From a virus (taxonomy: Duplodnaviria > Caudoviricetes): a DNA stretch of 64,000 nt. This document shows, one piece after another, positions 51,575 to 60,161 of the stretch. A program made the position numbers and the translations under genes. A model generated the notes under the pieces. That model did not search any database and had not been told where the DNA came from. It saw only the letters and a list, made by a program, of their open reading frames with translations. Position 1 is the first letter of the stretch; every line of letters begins with the position of its first letter. The stretch spans positions 1 to 64,000 of the IMG/VR virus record IMGVR_UViG_3300015607_000582; one strand, 5' to 3'.

Positions 51575-51760
51575 GCAGACTCGTGCAGGCGAATAGCTTC
51601 GATAGTCGAAGGCTATGGCAGGTTCGGAGACGATTAGGGGCCGCCCCGCAGGACGGCCCCTCGTCACTTCGATTGGGGAGGGCTCCTGCCCCTTCACCCT
51701 CCCCATCGCGGCCCAATGTCGGTCTAGCCTTTCGGCAGCAAGCCCGCTCGTGCGGACAAT
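51575..51760. ncRNA. candidate structured intergenic RNA
   Basis: four consecutive hairpins in a 310-nt gap. Confidence 0.4.
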
Positions 51761-51782
51761 ATCAGGGGCACCGCGAATCGCC

Positions 51783-52172
51783 TCAGATGACTGGCACAGC
51801 GCCAGCGGCGCGAGCCCGCACATCGGCGAACGTCGTCTCGTTCTTCAACTCGCCGTTCTCGAACACGACCTGCAGAACGTCACGCGCCTCGGCCGCCCGC
51901 ACGAAGTTGTCGCGCGAGTTGTCGCCGGACTTGTAGAGGTCAAGCACCTTCATGATGTACTTGAGGTCGACGTAGAGCTGATCGAGCGCCTCACCCTTGG
52001 CCGTGTACGCCTCCATGTCCGCGCGAAAGCGGAGCACGGCCTTGGCCACGTCCTCGTACCCCTCGCCTTCGAGGTCGACGGCGATGTTGCGCAGCTCGAC
52101 CACTCCACATGCACGCCCCGCATAGTCTGCGGCATCGTGGTGATGCTGGTACCCGTAGTGGCCACCGCTCAT
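51783..52172 (-). CDS. hypothetical phage protein
   Basis: MSGGHYGY...SGD motif. Confidence 0.65.
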   Translation of the reverse strand: MSGGHYGYQHHHDAADYAGRACGVVELRNIAVDLEGEGYEDVAKAVLRFRADMEAYTAKGEALDQLYVDLKYIMKVLDLYKSGDNSRDNFVRAAEARDVLQVVFENGELKNETTFADVRARAAGAVPVI

Positions 52173-52450
52173 CGGTTCCACCACATCTTTCGCTGCTTGC
52201 GCTCGGGCGTCTTGCGAGCCGGGCGATCTCGCGGGTCGATGACCTCGCCCGTGCCCTCACACCGGGCACACACGACGTAGTCGTAGCCGTGCTGTCCAAA
52301 CTCTCCGTACAACTCCTTGTAGATGCCCTTGCCGTGGCAGTTGGCGCACGGCAGTGTGCGCTGCAGGGGCTTGAAGACATCGCAGTAGATCGGATGATTG
52401 CCGTCGGTGCTACCGCAGGTGCAGGGGTTGTGCTGCTTGTTGTCAGTCAT
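52169..52450 (-). CDS. DnaJ-type Zn-finger small protein
   Basis: CANCHGKG...CARCEGTG. Confidence 0.6.
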   Translation of the reverse strand: MTDNKQHNPCTCGSTDGNHPIYCDVFKPLQRTLPCANCHGKGIYKELYGEFGQHGYDYVVCARCEGTGEVIDPRDRPARKTPERKQRKMWWNR

Positions 52451-52686
52451 CGCTGCGTCTCCTCGCAGTATCGTCGGTGCGCCTTGTCACACGACAGATG
52501 GATCTCACGCGCGATGCGAGAGCACTCGTTCACCTCACCGTTGGTCGGGTATCGCTCACCAGCCATGCGCTCCAGCCTGCTTGCCAGTTTGTGCATGAGG
52601 TGGAGGTTAGACGCCACCTCTTCGTAGAAGGCTTCGCCCGCCTCGGCCATGACGGCTACCTCCATGCGGAGGTCTGGGTCAGTCAT
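52447..52686 (-). CDS. hypothetical protein
   Basis: ATGA overlaps. Confidence 0.5.
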   Translation of the reverse strand: MTDPDLRMEVAVMAEAGEAFYEEVASNLHLMHKLASRLERMAGERYPTNGEVNECSRIAREIHLSCDKAHRRYCEETQR

Positions 52687-52964
52687 CGTAGTATCCTTCC
52701 TGTCAGCGCATCGCGGACCTGTCCGCAGAACATGCAGATGATGTAGGGGTCGTCACCATCGAACTTCCACGAGTGCTTGGGTCCATCGACGCGCTTCGAC
52801 TTGGGGCAGGTGTCGGCGTGCTTCGGGACATAGCCCTTGCATGAACAACCCCGCGTATAGCACCACGTTCGCTTGCCGCGCTCATCGTAATCCTTGGGAT
52901 CGAGGGGTGGATCTTCAGCGTGTTCATGCGCAGCGCATCCACAGACACAATACGGCTCGCCCAT
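52683..52964 (-). CDS. Cys-rich hypothetical protein
   Basis: CVCGC...CSCKGY...CMFC. Confidence 0.5.
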   Translation of the reverse strand: MGEPYCVCGCAAHEHAEDPPLDPKDYDERGKRTWCYTRGCSCKGYVPKHADTCPKSKRVDGPKHSWKFDGDDPYIICMFCGQVRDALTGRILR

Positions 52965-53158
52965 CACACGTCCCCCGGATCGGTGAAGGTGTACTCGACG
53001 TTCTTCCCGCACTGGTTGCACACGAAGGTACCGGGGTCAACATCATCGTGAGCGCAGGTGATTGCTTGCCACTTCTTCACGACACGCCTGCGGATCGTCT
53101 TGCCCACGCCTGCGTCGGCGGGCGGATCTGGCTCGGGCGGGATGGTGTTGGGGCTCAT
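52964..53158 (-). CDS. small Zn-ribbon protein
   Basis: CAH...CNQCG. Confidence 0.5.
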   Translation of the reverse strand: MSPNTIPPEPDPPADAGVGKTIRRRVVKKWQAITCAHDDVDPGTFVCNQCGKNVEYTFTDPGDV

Positions 53159-53358
53159 GTCAGCCACGCAGTCAGGGATACAGTGAATGGCTCTCCGTCA
53201 GCGTCCTCTGCGGCTGCCTCGATCAACTTCTCCATCATCTCGACGGCCTCCCGTCGGCCCATTCGCGAACGCACGGGGAAGAATGCAGCCTTCCCGTCAT
53301 AGCGAGAGATACGGTAGTTGTCGCCCTCCATCGTGGCGTAGTAGATACGGTCGCTCAT
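53155..53358 (-). CDS. hypothetical protein
   Basis: MSDRIYY...; ATGA overlaps. Confidence 0.5.
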   Translation of the reverse strand: MSDRIYYATMEGDNYRISRYDGKAAFFPVRSRMGRREAVEMMEKLIEAAAEDADGEPFTVSLTAWLT

Positions 53359-53561
53359 GCGTCGCCTTCCATGTCGAATGGCTGCTTGCCCGACCCGCGA
53401 CAGTGTTCGCACTTGGGCCAGTTGATCCATTCCATCTCGCACTCGTAGCAGAGCTTCAACTGCACTGGACCCAGTAGGCCCAAGTGAGTCCTAGCGGGGC
53501 GCTGCTCACATCGAGAGCAAGGGGTGATACCCGCCTCGCGCATCTTGTCGGCCACGCTCAT
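53355..53561 (-). CDS. Zn-finger small protein
   Basis: CSRC...CYEC...CEHCRGSG. Confidence 0.55.
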   Translation of the reverse strand: MSVADKMREAGITPCSRCEQRPARTHLGLLGPVQLKLCYECEMEWINWPKCEHCRGSGKQPFDMEGDA

Positions 53562-53971
53562 GCGTCCCCCTGCTTGAGCATCTTGAGGCCCGCCTCGAAG
53601 AACTCGATGGCGTCCTGTCGGTTGAAGTGGCGAGCGTGCTGGCCGTCGATGGTCAGCGTCACGTCTCGATGCCAGCCCTCGCGGTTGGTGAGAGAGATCC
53701 AGTGCTGGCGAGCGCCTCGTTCGATACGCTCCATCATCGTCACACGCCTAATCGGACGTACAGCCTCCTCGATGATGACGAAGCTGTCGATGTTCGACAC
53801 CCTCCGCTGCGCACGCTCTCGGGCGGCCTCATCCTCTGCGTTCTCGAAGTAGGTCATTCTCGTGGTCCTCATGATCTTGTGATTGACGATGCGGTCGGCC
53901 TCGCGGAAGTCGAGGAGATCGCACCGATAGCTATGGAACTGACCGTCGCACCACTTGCACAAGTGATCCAT
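53558..53971 (-). CDS. hypothetical protein
   Basis: 137 aa; overlapping start/stop. Confidence 0.55.
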   Translation of the reverse strand: MDHLCKWCDGQFHSYRCDLLDFREADRIVNHKIMRTTRMTYFENAEDEAARERAQRRVSNIDSFVIIEEAVRPIRRVTMMERIERGARQHWISLTNREGWHRDVTLTIDGQHARHFNRQDAIEFFEAGLKMLKQGDA

Positions 53972-54189
53972 CACTCGTCCGCGCTCCATGCTCCGGTGGC
54001 TACACCCATCTGGTCGAACAGGTCGGTCGCCATGACCTCGCTCATGCGGAACTCGTAGCGGGCTGATGCCCCGACCCTGCCGAGGGGAGCTGCCCGCTCG
54101 ACCTCGACGATGAGCACGACGCTATCGTTGTCTCGCACAGGGTCGATGCGACTGGGACTGATGGCGTGGGGGAACTGGGGGTCAGTCAT
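53971..54189 (-). CDS. hypothetical protein (leaderless)
   Basis: ATG 7 nt after the middle -10. Confidence 0.6.
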   Translation of the reverse strand: MTDPQFPHAISPSRIDPVRDNDSVVLIVEVERAAPLGRVGASARYEFRMSEVMATDLFDQMGVATGAWSADE

Positions 54190-54686
54190 GGCTGTGATCC
54201 TACCTCGGGTGTCGGACGAAGCCGAACCTGCTCGTGCATCTTGTGCAGGATCGCCTCTGCGATGTGGGGCGGGTATCGGTCGAAGGCTCGGCCCATCTCC
54301 TCGGCCACGGCATCAACAAGCAGTCTGACTGCCGGATTCTCCACGAGGTCGTGGGCGTTGAGGAGACGCTGACCCTTCTCGGTGATCTCGATGTCCATGC
54401 GGCAGCCGCACATGCAGCCGGTGATGAGGCCGCGCCGCTCCAACTTGTCGAGCTTGGCGACCACGACCTTCCACGGCAGGTGGCTCCATGGGCCGTCCTC
54501 GAAGTCCCACGAGAACACCCAGCGAGGGAGCGAGTGGGCGACCCAGCCTCCGGGCGTCTTCTCCTCCATGCTCCTCTCCTTGATGAAGCGCATGATGTCG
54601 ATGTCGGGGATGTCGGCCGCCTTGACCTTGCGGCGCTCGCTGACGAGCCACAGCTCGTTGACGTTTCCGTTGACCCAGCGGCTCAT
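54186..54686 (-). CDS. winged-helix-like phage protein
   Basis: KAADIPD...PWKVVVAKLDKLERRGLITGCMCGCRMDIEITEKG. Confidence 0.65.
   Translation of the reverse strand: MSRWVNGNVNELWLVSERRKVKAADIPDIDIMRFIKERSMEEKTPGGWVAHSLPRWVFSWDFEDGPWSHLPWKVVVAKLDKLERRGLITGCMCGCRMDIEITEKGQRLLNAHDLVENPAVRLLVDAVAEEMGRAFDRYPPHIAEAILHKMHEQVRLRPTPEVGSQP
54197..54222 (-). promoter_or_regulatory. middle promoter GCTTCGTCCG-N10-TAGGAT
   Basis: one-mismatch motif copy; ATG 7 nt downstream. Confidence 0.7.
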
Positions 54687-54691
54687 GCCGA

Positions 54692-55000
54692 TCACCAGTC
54701 CCAGAGGTGGGGCTCGGGCTCGATGCCAAACTCTCGCATCGCTCGCTTGCGTACGGCGTTGTCGCGTCCGCTCATCCACCGCTTGACCATGATCGTCATA
54801 GGTTCACCATCTACGATCCACTCCGGTTCGACCGGCCTGCTCTTGTAGAGCGGCTCGCCGATCTCGTTCATCACGCGCTGCATACCGGGGTACTCGCCCC
54901 GCTCGTGGATCGCCTTGACGGCCGCCCTGATCTTGAGGGCCTTGGGCGACTCGTGGTTGACCTTGGAGCGCCAGTGACTCGGAGTGTCGAACAGGCTCAT
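54692..55000 (-). CDS. hypothetical protein
   Basis: MSLFDTP...; ATGA overlap. Confidence 0.55.
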   Translation of the reverse strand: MSLFDTPSHWRSKVNHESPKALKIRAAVKAIHERGEYPGMQRVMNEIGEPLYKSRPVEPEWIVDGEPMTIMVKRWMSGRDNAVRKRAMREFGIEPEPHLWDW

Positions 55001-55179
55001 GCCTCGATCCCCTTCTGGTCGCGCAGGCAGCGGATGACTTCGGTGCGAGCCGTCCAGCCCGCCTTGTCGGCAGGGCGGCGCGTCAGGGCATCGACGACGG
55101 ATCGGCACTCGTCGGGCGTCAGGGCGATCAGGACGTGGTCGCCCCGCTCCTTGTCGGTGAGATCCCAGACGTCAGTCAT
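54997..55179 (-). CDS. hypothetical protein
   Basis: MTDVWDL... Confidence 0.5.
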   Translation of the reverse strand: MTDVWDLTDKERGDHVLIALTPDECRSVVDALTRRPADKAGWTARTEVIRCLRDQKGIEA

Positions 55180-55429
55180 GGACTGCTGCCTCCACTGCAT
55201 CGGGGTAGACCAACTTGACCCCGGCAGGCAGGGCGAACGGCATGGGCACGACGACGAGGCATCCGTCCATCTTGCGCACCATCGCGGGCGGCGCGATGTA
55301 GCCCACGGTGCCATCGCTCTTGCGAATGCCAAGCAGTGGCATAGGCACTTGCTCGTAGCCGTCGCTCGGGAGTACGTCGGGCTTGCGGTGACTCAGTTCG
55401 CGCGTGACGTGAAATGGGATGTCAGTCAC
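55172..55429 (-). CDS. hypothetical protein
   Basis: VTDIPFHV...; GGAGG RBS. Confidence 0.5.
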   Translation of the reverse strand: MTDIPFHVTRELSHRKPDVLPSDGYEQVPMPLLGIRKSDGTVGYIAPPAMVRKMDGCLVVVPMPFALPAGVKLVYPDAVEAAVHD

Positions 55430-55779
55430 TTGCCCTCCTCCGGCAGCGCGATGAACTCGGGAGCCTCGCCGACTGGCCCGCCGATGATGGCGTTGCCCGA
55501 GAGCGACGCGAGCCACTCGCCGAACATGATGGACACCTCGGTGGTGTCGCCCTCGGCCTGTCGCCTGTCGACGTAGTCGTCGAAGTCAGCGAAACTGGTC
55601 ACAGCTCCACCGCCTTGTAGTCCCAGTCGCGCGACATCGCAGGCTGTTTTGCGGCTGCGGAACTCGTCGGGGTCGATGCCGTGTGGGATTGGTACGTGGC
55701 GTTGTTGTGATGCTGACCATTGGGTGTGGTGACCGTTACAGTGGTCGTTATCGGGGTTAGTGATGCGTGTGCTAGTCAT
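55426..55779 (-). CDS. hypothetical protein (start uncertain; alternative GTG 55602)
   Basis: open frame; 5' half has lower GC. Confidence 0.4.
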   Translation of the reverse strand: MTSTRITNPDNDHCNGHHTQWSASQQRHVPIPHGIDPDEFRSRKTACDVARLGLQGGGAVTSFADFDDYVDRRQAEGDTTEVSIMFGEWLASLSGNAIIGGPVGEAPEFIALPEEGK

Positions 55780-56020
55780 TGTTCTTCTCCCGCCACGCAA
55801 TGGCAGCTTCAATGCGATCGGCAAGCGGCCCACAGTCACCACCCCGCTCAATGAACGAATGGGTTTCCCGCAGCAACTCCCACGGGTCGGGCGCAAGCGC
55901 AGCGTCGAGGGCGTCGATCGCGTTGACCAGATCATCGGTCTCGTCGTAGTCGTCTTCGGATTGTCGCCATGCTCGTGCTGCGTCGATGACACGCTGCCGC
56001 AACTCATCAATGTCAGTCAT
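55772..56020 (-). CDS. hypothetical protein
   Basis: MTDIDELRQRVIDAARAW; GGAGG RBS. Confidence 0.6.
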   Translation of the reverse strand: MTDIDELRQRVIDAARAWRQSEDDYDETDDLVNAIDALDAALAPDPWELLRETHSFIERGGDCGPLADRIEAAIAWREKNND

Positions 56021-56391
56021 GCCTCCGCTACCTCCAACTCGCGTTGCCACTGACGCGTCACCACGCCACCTTCATCCTCGGACGCCTCACGCCCAGCCTC
56101 GGCGAACAGAAACGTGTCCTGCTCGTCCTCGCCCGTGATGATGACGGAGACGGACAGCGCCGAGTGACCCCATGTGTCGGGGTCGCGCAGCATGTTTCGC
56201 AGCTCGGGTGGCATGTAGTTGAACGCCGCTGCCCACACGTCGACGACAAAGTGCTGCGTGCCGCCAGCGCCATTCATGTCGATGGGCAGGAGCTGCGCCT
56301 TGCGCGTGTCGTTCTCCATCAGCCAGTGATTGAGCTTGGCGATGGCCGGGCGATGCGCGCCCATGACGACGACTTCGGTGGTGTAGCTCAC
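56017..56391 (-). CDS. hypothetical phage protein
   Basis: GAGG.....VWAAAFNY motif. Confidence 0.6.
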   Translation of the reverse strand: MSYTTEVVVMGAHRPAIAKLNHWLMENDTRKAQLLPIDMNGAGGTQHFVVDVWAAAFNYMPPELRNMLRDPDTWGHSALSVSVIITGEDEQDTFLFAEAGREASEDEGGVVTRQWQRELEVAEA

Positions 56392-56690
56392 TGGTTCAGC
56401 CCCATGATCTCGCGCCGCAGTTCGCGGTACGTGTACAGCACGCTATCGGGGTGAAGATCCTCGACGTGATGCGTGAGCGCCTTGTTCGCGACCCAGATGC
56501 GCTCCTGCCCGTGGGGCATCATCCGCGCCGTGATCTCGATGACATCGTGGTAGCGACGCTCGACGTAGGTGATGGGCATGAGGCGATCCTGTCGCACTAC
56601 GATGGTGCGCGAGCCGCGCTGGTGGTCATGGTCCTCCCTGACGTCGTCGAGGCGCAGGACGACGTGAGCCATGTCGGTGAGCTGCTTCAT
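56388..56690 (-). CDS. hypothetical protein
   Basis: 100 aa; 4-nt overlaps. Confidence 0.55.
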   Translation of the reverse strand: MKQLTDMAHVVLRLDDVREDHDHQRGSRTIVVRQDRLMPITYVERRYHDVIEITARMMPHGQERIWVANKALTHHVEDLHPDSVLYTYRELRREIMGLNQ

Positions 56691-57265
56691 GCGTCACCCC
56701 CTACAAGGATGTATGGGCGCATCTGCTCTGCGCTCACCCAGCGGCCTGCCCGACCATGCGCCGCCGAGTCGATAGCGTAGACGCAGTAGTGCCTGCCTCC
56801 CATGCGCTGCCTCGCGTCTTCGCTTGGGTTGTGGACGTCGACGCGACAGGGCACGTCCTTCCACTGCGGCCAGTTCTTGGGGATCGGCTGGTTGGACGCA
56901 TCGTCGTCGACGAGGACGTGCTGCCCCGTGACGAAGACGGGGTCGCCCTTGGAGAGCGCGACGTCCTGCTTGACCTCGACCGTCGTCGTGTCGCCCTCGT
57001 GGCTGACGCTGATCGTGGGCTCCATGACCTGCAGTCGCATCTCGGCGAAGAAGCGCAAGTTGTCGGCCGTCAGCTTGCCGTGACGCTGCAGTTCGTCGGC
57101 GAGGCGCAGGATGCGATGGCGCTCTGCGAGAACGAGCTGGTCGCCCAGTGGGGTGGTGTCGGTGTGCCCAGTCCCATGCACCGGGCATCCATCGTTGTGC
57201 CCCATCATCCCGTTGCGAGCTGGCCAGCGGCAGTCGGGTCGCGTGGTATCAGCATGCTCACTCAT
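56687..57265 (-). CDS. hypothetical protein
   Basis: MSEHADT...; GGAGG RBS. Confidence 0.55.
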   Translation of the reverse strand: MSEHADTTRPDCRWPARNGMMGHNDGCPVHGTGHTDTTPLGDQLVLAERHRILRLADELQRHGKLTADNLRFFAEMRLQVMEPTISVSHEGDTTTVEVKQDVALSKGDPVFVTGQHVLVDDDASNQPIPKNWPQWKDVPCRVDVHNPSEDARQRMGGRHYCVYAIDSAAHGRAGRWVSAEQMRPYILVGGDA

Positions 57266-57569
57266 CGGTGCCTCCATTCAGGGCGCGGAAAGCAACCGCG
57301 TACTGCCATGTATGCGTATCGGTTTCATCGTCAGCGATTCGGCGCAGCGCGGCTCGATACCTGTCACGCTCGGCGTGCAGTTGTTCGACCGTCTCTCGCG
57401 ACAAGTGAAGCACGCCTGCCCCGAGTGACGTGCATACCTCGTACTCGGTGAGCCTTTCAACCTCGGCCCGCAACTCGTCACGCTCGGCACGCATTGGCTG
57501 TTCATCAGGGCTATGCCAATCCCCGCAGCACGTACACCACGGATGATCGTTCACGCTGTCACCGCTCAT
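57258..57569 (-). CDS. hypothetical coiled-coil protein
   Basis: ERDELRAEVERL...ERDRYRAALRRIA. Confidence 0.55.
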   Translation of the reverse strand: MSGDSVNDHPWCTCCGDWHSPDEQPMRAERDELRAEVERLTEYEVCTSLGAGVLHLSRETVEQLHAERDRYRAALRRIADDETDTHTWQYAVAFRALNGGTDE

Positions 57570-57718
57570 CGTGATTCCCCTTCGCGTTCTCTCGCTCTGC
57601 TGCCCGGTCAAGGCATCGGTTGAGTTCGTGCATGTAGGTCGGTTCGTAGGGCTGGCCACTGGCATCGGCCTGCTGATGGTGCTCGTCTTGCATCCTTGAG
57701 CTTGTCGATGTCAGTCAT
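57559..57718 (-). pseudogene. small gene with apparent frameshift (MTDIDKL + MQDEHH...)
   Basis: leaderless ATG 57718 frame stops at 57608; a better-looking frame runs 57693-57559. Confidence 0.3.
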
Positions 57719-57924
57719 GCCCCTACCCTACCGATGGGCTCGGACGAACCTGCCAGCTCGAACGCCATCTCGTTGAACTGGGCGGCGAGCGTCTCCATGT
57801 TCGCCCGGCGACCCTCGGTCGTGGTCGTGGCGATCCATCGGCCGTCCGCATCGACGAGGACGAAGATGCCGTTCTGCCACTTGCCGTTGCGCTGGACGAC
57901 CGAGAGGGGTGCGCGGTAGCTCAC
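57715..57924 (-). CDS. hypothetical protein
   Basis: VSYRAPL...VDADGRWIA; GTGA overlap. Confidence 0.55.
   Translation of the reverse strand: MSYRAPLSVVQRNGKWQNGIFVLVDADGRWIATTTTEGRRANMETLAAQFNEMAFELAGSSEPIGRVGA
57725..57750 (-). promoter_or_regulatory. middle promoter GGTTCGTCCG-N10-TAGGGT
   Basis: motif copy; ATG 6 nt downstream. Confidence 0.7.
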
Positions 57925-58757
57925 GACGCCTCCAGTGCTTCGAGGACGTTGTGCCATGTGCCGAAGCGCAGGCGGATAGTGGCGGGGACGGGCTCGCCCT
58001 CGGCGCGGTGCAGCTCGTACTGGTCGATGGAGGGCAGGCGGCCCTCGCAGTGCTCGACCTGCACGCGGCGGACGGCGGCGAGGATGTCCTCGTCGCTGTA
58101 CTTGGGGACGCCGAAGCCCTCGGGCGAGTCCTTGGTCGTCAGGCCCGCGAGCGACAGCGCCCGGTTCCACGAGCCGAACCGCTTGGTGATGGTCAACTCG
58201 CCGGGGCCACCGTGCTGCTTGCGCCACTGGACGTACCGCTTGACCGACAGGTGCTTGCCGTCGAGGTCCGCGTGTGCGGTGAGCAGGGTGGAGAGCAGGT
58301 CGTCGTCGGTGTGCCGCTGCGCCTTGCCCGCCCGGCGCATCGACTTGTGCCGACAGGCTTCGAGCCGGGAGATGTCGTCACGCAGTGCGTCGACCAAGGC
58401 CGGGTAGCTGATGCCCACGCGCTTGGCGATGGAGCGCATGTCTTCGCCCGCCCGGTACGCCTCCAGTGCGCCCTCGCGGATGCTCTCGATGTACTCCTGC
58501 CTGCGGGCGTTGCGGATGGACTGACCATGGCGCGCGGTCACGCCCTCCATGTTGAGGATCTGGCGCACGCGCTCACGGGTGACGCTGAACGCCGCCCCGG
58601 TCTCTTCGAGCGTGTGGCCGTCGAGGTAGTAGGCAACGACCTTCTGGCGGTGCTCGGCCGCCTGCTGCTGCCGTGCCGTGCGTGCCCGCTCGCGGGCTGC
58701 GTCGGTGCGCTCCTTCATGGCCTGCCGCTCCTGCATGCGCCTCTCTGCCTGCTTCAT
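57921..58757 (-). CDS. DNA-binding regulator: sigma-4-like HTH, second HTH and two homing-endonuclease-associated repeats
   Basis: TLEETGAAFSVTRERVRQI; MRSIAKRVGIS; KRFGSWNRALSLAGL; RFGTWHNVL. Confidence 0.75.
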   Translation of the reverse strand: MKQAERRMQERQAMKERTDAARERARTARQQQAAEHRQKVVAYYLDGHTLEETGAAFSVTRERVRQILNMEGVTARHGQSIRNARRQEYIESIREGALEAYRAGEDMRSIAKRVGISYPALVDALRDDISRLEACRHKSMRRAGKAQRHTDDDLLSTLLTAHADLDGKHLSVKRYVQWRKQHGGPGELTITKRFGSWNRALSLAGLTTKDSPEGFGVPKYSDEDILAAVRRVQVEHCEGRLPSIDQYELHRAEGEPVPATIRLRFGTWHNVLEALEAS

Positions 58758-58972
58758 GATGGACTCTCCTCGATCTCCACTTCGACGCTCAGGGCGTCGC
58801 GTGCTGCGACCAGCCTGTCGAGCAGGTCGCGCTGCTCACTGTACATTGACCAATCGGGACGGTCAACGTCGGTGGGCACACCATGGACGACATCAAGCGC
58901 CCACGCCTCGTCGACGCGCACGCGCTGGGCGGCGATGAGGTTGTTCAGGTCCACGGCCGTCAGTCGCACCAC
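58754..58972 (-). CDS. hypothetical protein
   Basis: VRLTAVDLNNLI..., similar to 59934..60119. Confidence 0.55.
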   Translation of the reverse strand: MVRLTAVDLNNLIAAQRVRVDEAWALDVVHGVPTDVDRPDWSMYSEQRDLLDRLVAARDALSVEVEIEESPS

Positions 58973-59166
58973 GCACCCCCGTGGATGTGGTCGTACGCCT
59001 CGGTGGCCGTCACCTCGCCGCAGTCGTCGCAGTAGACGACGTCGTCGCGGCCGAGGCCGGGGAAGTAGCAGCCGTCGACGTCCGCCTCGGGCTCGGGTGC
59101 CATGCCGACGACGCCCTCGGCCTTGAGCGGGCGCTGCTTGCAGTGGGGGCAGGTGACGTCAGGCAT
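58960..59166 (-). CDS. Zn-ribbon small protein
   Basis: CPHC...CDDCG. Confidence 0.55.
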   Translation of the reverse strand: MPDVTCPHCKQRPLKAEGVVGMAPEPEADVDGCYFPGLGRDDVVYCDDCGEVTATEAYDHIHGGAWCD

Positions 59167-59386
59167 CGGACGCCTCCTCGCCCCTCCAGAGGCCGTCGCG
59201 CCACACGTAGCCCCACTCGGCCATCTCGACATGGTCTGGGTCATCGCAGCGGCAGGAGCCGTCCTCGCGGTAGTGGTCGGGCATGAAGATGACGTGGGGG
59301 CAGGCCGCGATGCTGGAGCGCGAGATGCTGCGCTCGTTGGCCACGGTGCCGTCCTCGTTGATCGTGCCGAACTTGATGTCGTCCAT
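59159..59386 (-). CDS. hypothetical phage protein
   Basis: CPHVIFMPDHYREDGSCRC. Confidence 0.6.
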   Translation of the reverse strand: MDDIKFGTINEDGTVANERSISRSSIAACPHVIFMPDHYREDGSCRCDDPDHVEMAEWGYVWRDGLWRGEEASDA

Positions 59387-59406
59387 GGTGTGCCGTCTCC
59401 CTCGGG

Positions 59407-59937
59407 TCAGTGGTTGGCCAGCAGCTCGCGGAGCCGCTCGATGGTCAGGTCGTCGGTGTGGTCGTTGAGCCGGGCGGCCATGCGCTCGGCCTTGCGCATG
59501 GCGCTCTGGGCGGCGAAGGGCGGCTGCGTGCTCCACTGGTACGAGGAGGCGAGGCCGCCCGTGTCGTAGTCCTTGTCGGACGGGATGTCCTTGGCGACGG
59601 TGTGGATGAAGATCGGGCCGTTGCCCCACGAGTCGACCTTGGGGCGCTCGGCGTCGACCTTCTCGATGTAGACGGCCCAGTCGCCGCCCTCGCGGTGCGG
59701 TGCCGCCATGCGAGCGTGGTAGCTGATGGGCGAGTAGGGCACGTCGGTCAGCTCCCAGTCGAGCCGCATGCCCGCCTCGCTCCAGTAGCGCATGATGGAC
59801 TTGAGCAGGCGACTCGGGCGGTCGAGCTTGACGCTCCAGCGGAAGTCGCCGTCGCCGAGGTACGTGCCCGCGTCGATGACGGTGCCGTACTCGCCCGTGT
59901 TGACGTTCCTGACGCGCGATCCAGTGACAACGGTCAT
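59407..59937 (-). CDS. hypothetical protein with SH3-like N-terminus
   Basis: GSRVRNVNTGEYGTV...VKLD. Confidence 0.6.
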   Translation of the reverse strand: MTVVTGSRVRNVNTGEYGTVIDAGTYLGDGDFRWSVKLDRPSRLLKSIMRYWSEAGMRLDWELTDVPYSPISYHARMAAPHREGGDWAVYIEKVDAERPKVDSWGNGPIFIHTVAKDIPSDKDYDTGGLASSYQWSTQPPFAAQSAMRKAERMAARLNDHTDDLTIERLRELLANH

Positions 59938-60119
59938 GCCTGCACCTCCGTGGGCACGTCGAGGGTCTCCAGCGCGAGCGCGAGGCGGTCGCGGAGCTGC
60001 TTGCAGGGGTACCAGCGGGAGTCGATCTCCCCGCCCGCGTTGATGGCCCACAGCTTGTCGCCGTGCGTGTCGAGGGCGTCGATGATGGTGGCGAGGTCTG
60101 CTGCGTTGAGCTTGAGCAT
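59934..60119 (-). CDS. hypothetical early protein
   Basis: ACGGAGACCAGACC leader as in the + island. Confidence 0.7.
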   Translation of the reverse strand: MLKLNAADLATIIDALDTHGDKLWAINAGGEIDSRWYPCKQLRDRLALALETLDVPTEVQA

Positions 60120-60161
60120 TGGTCTGGTCTCCGTTCGAGCTGGACTGGCCTTGCACCAATC

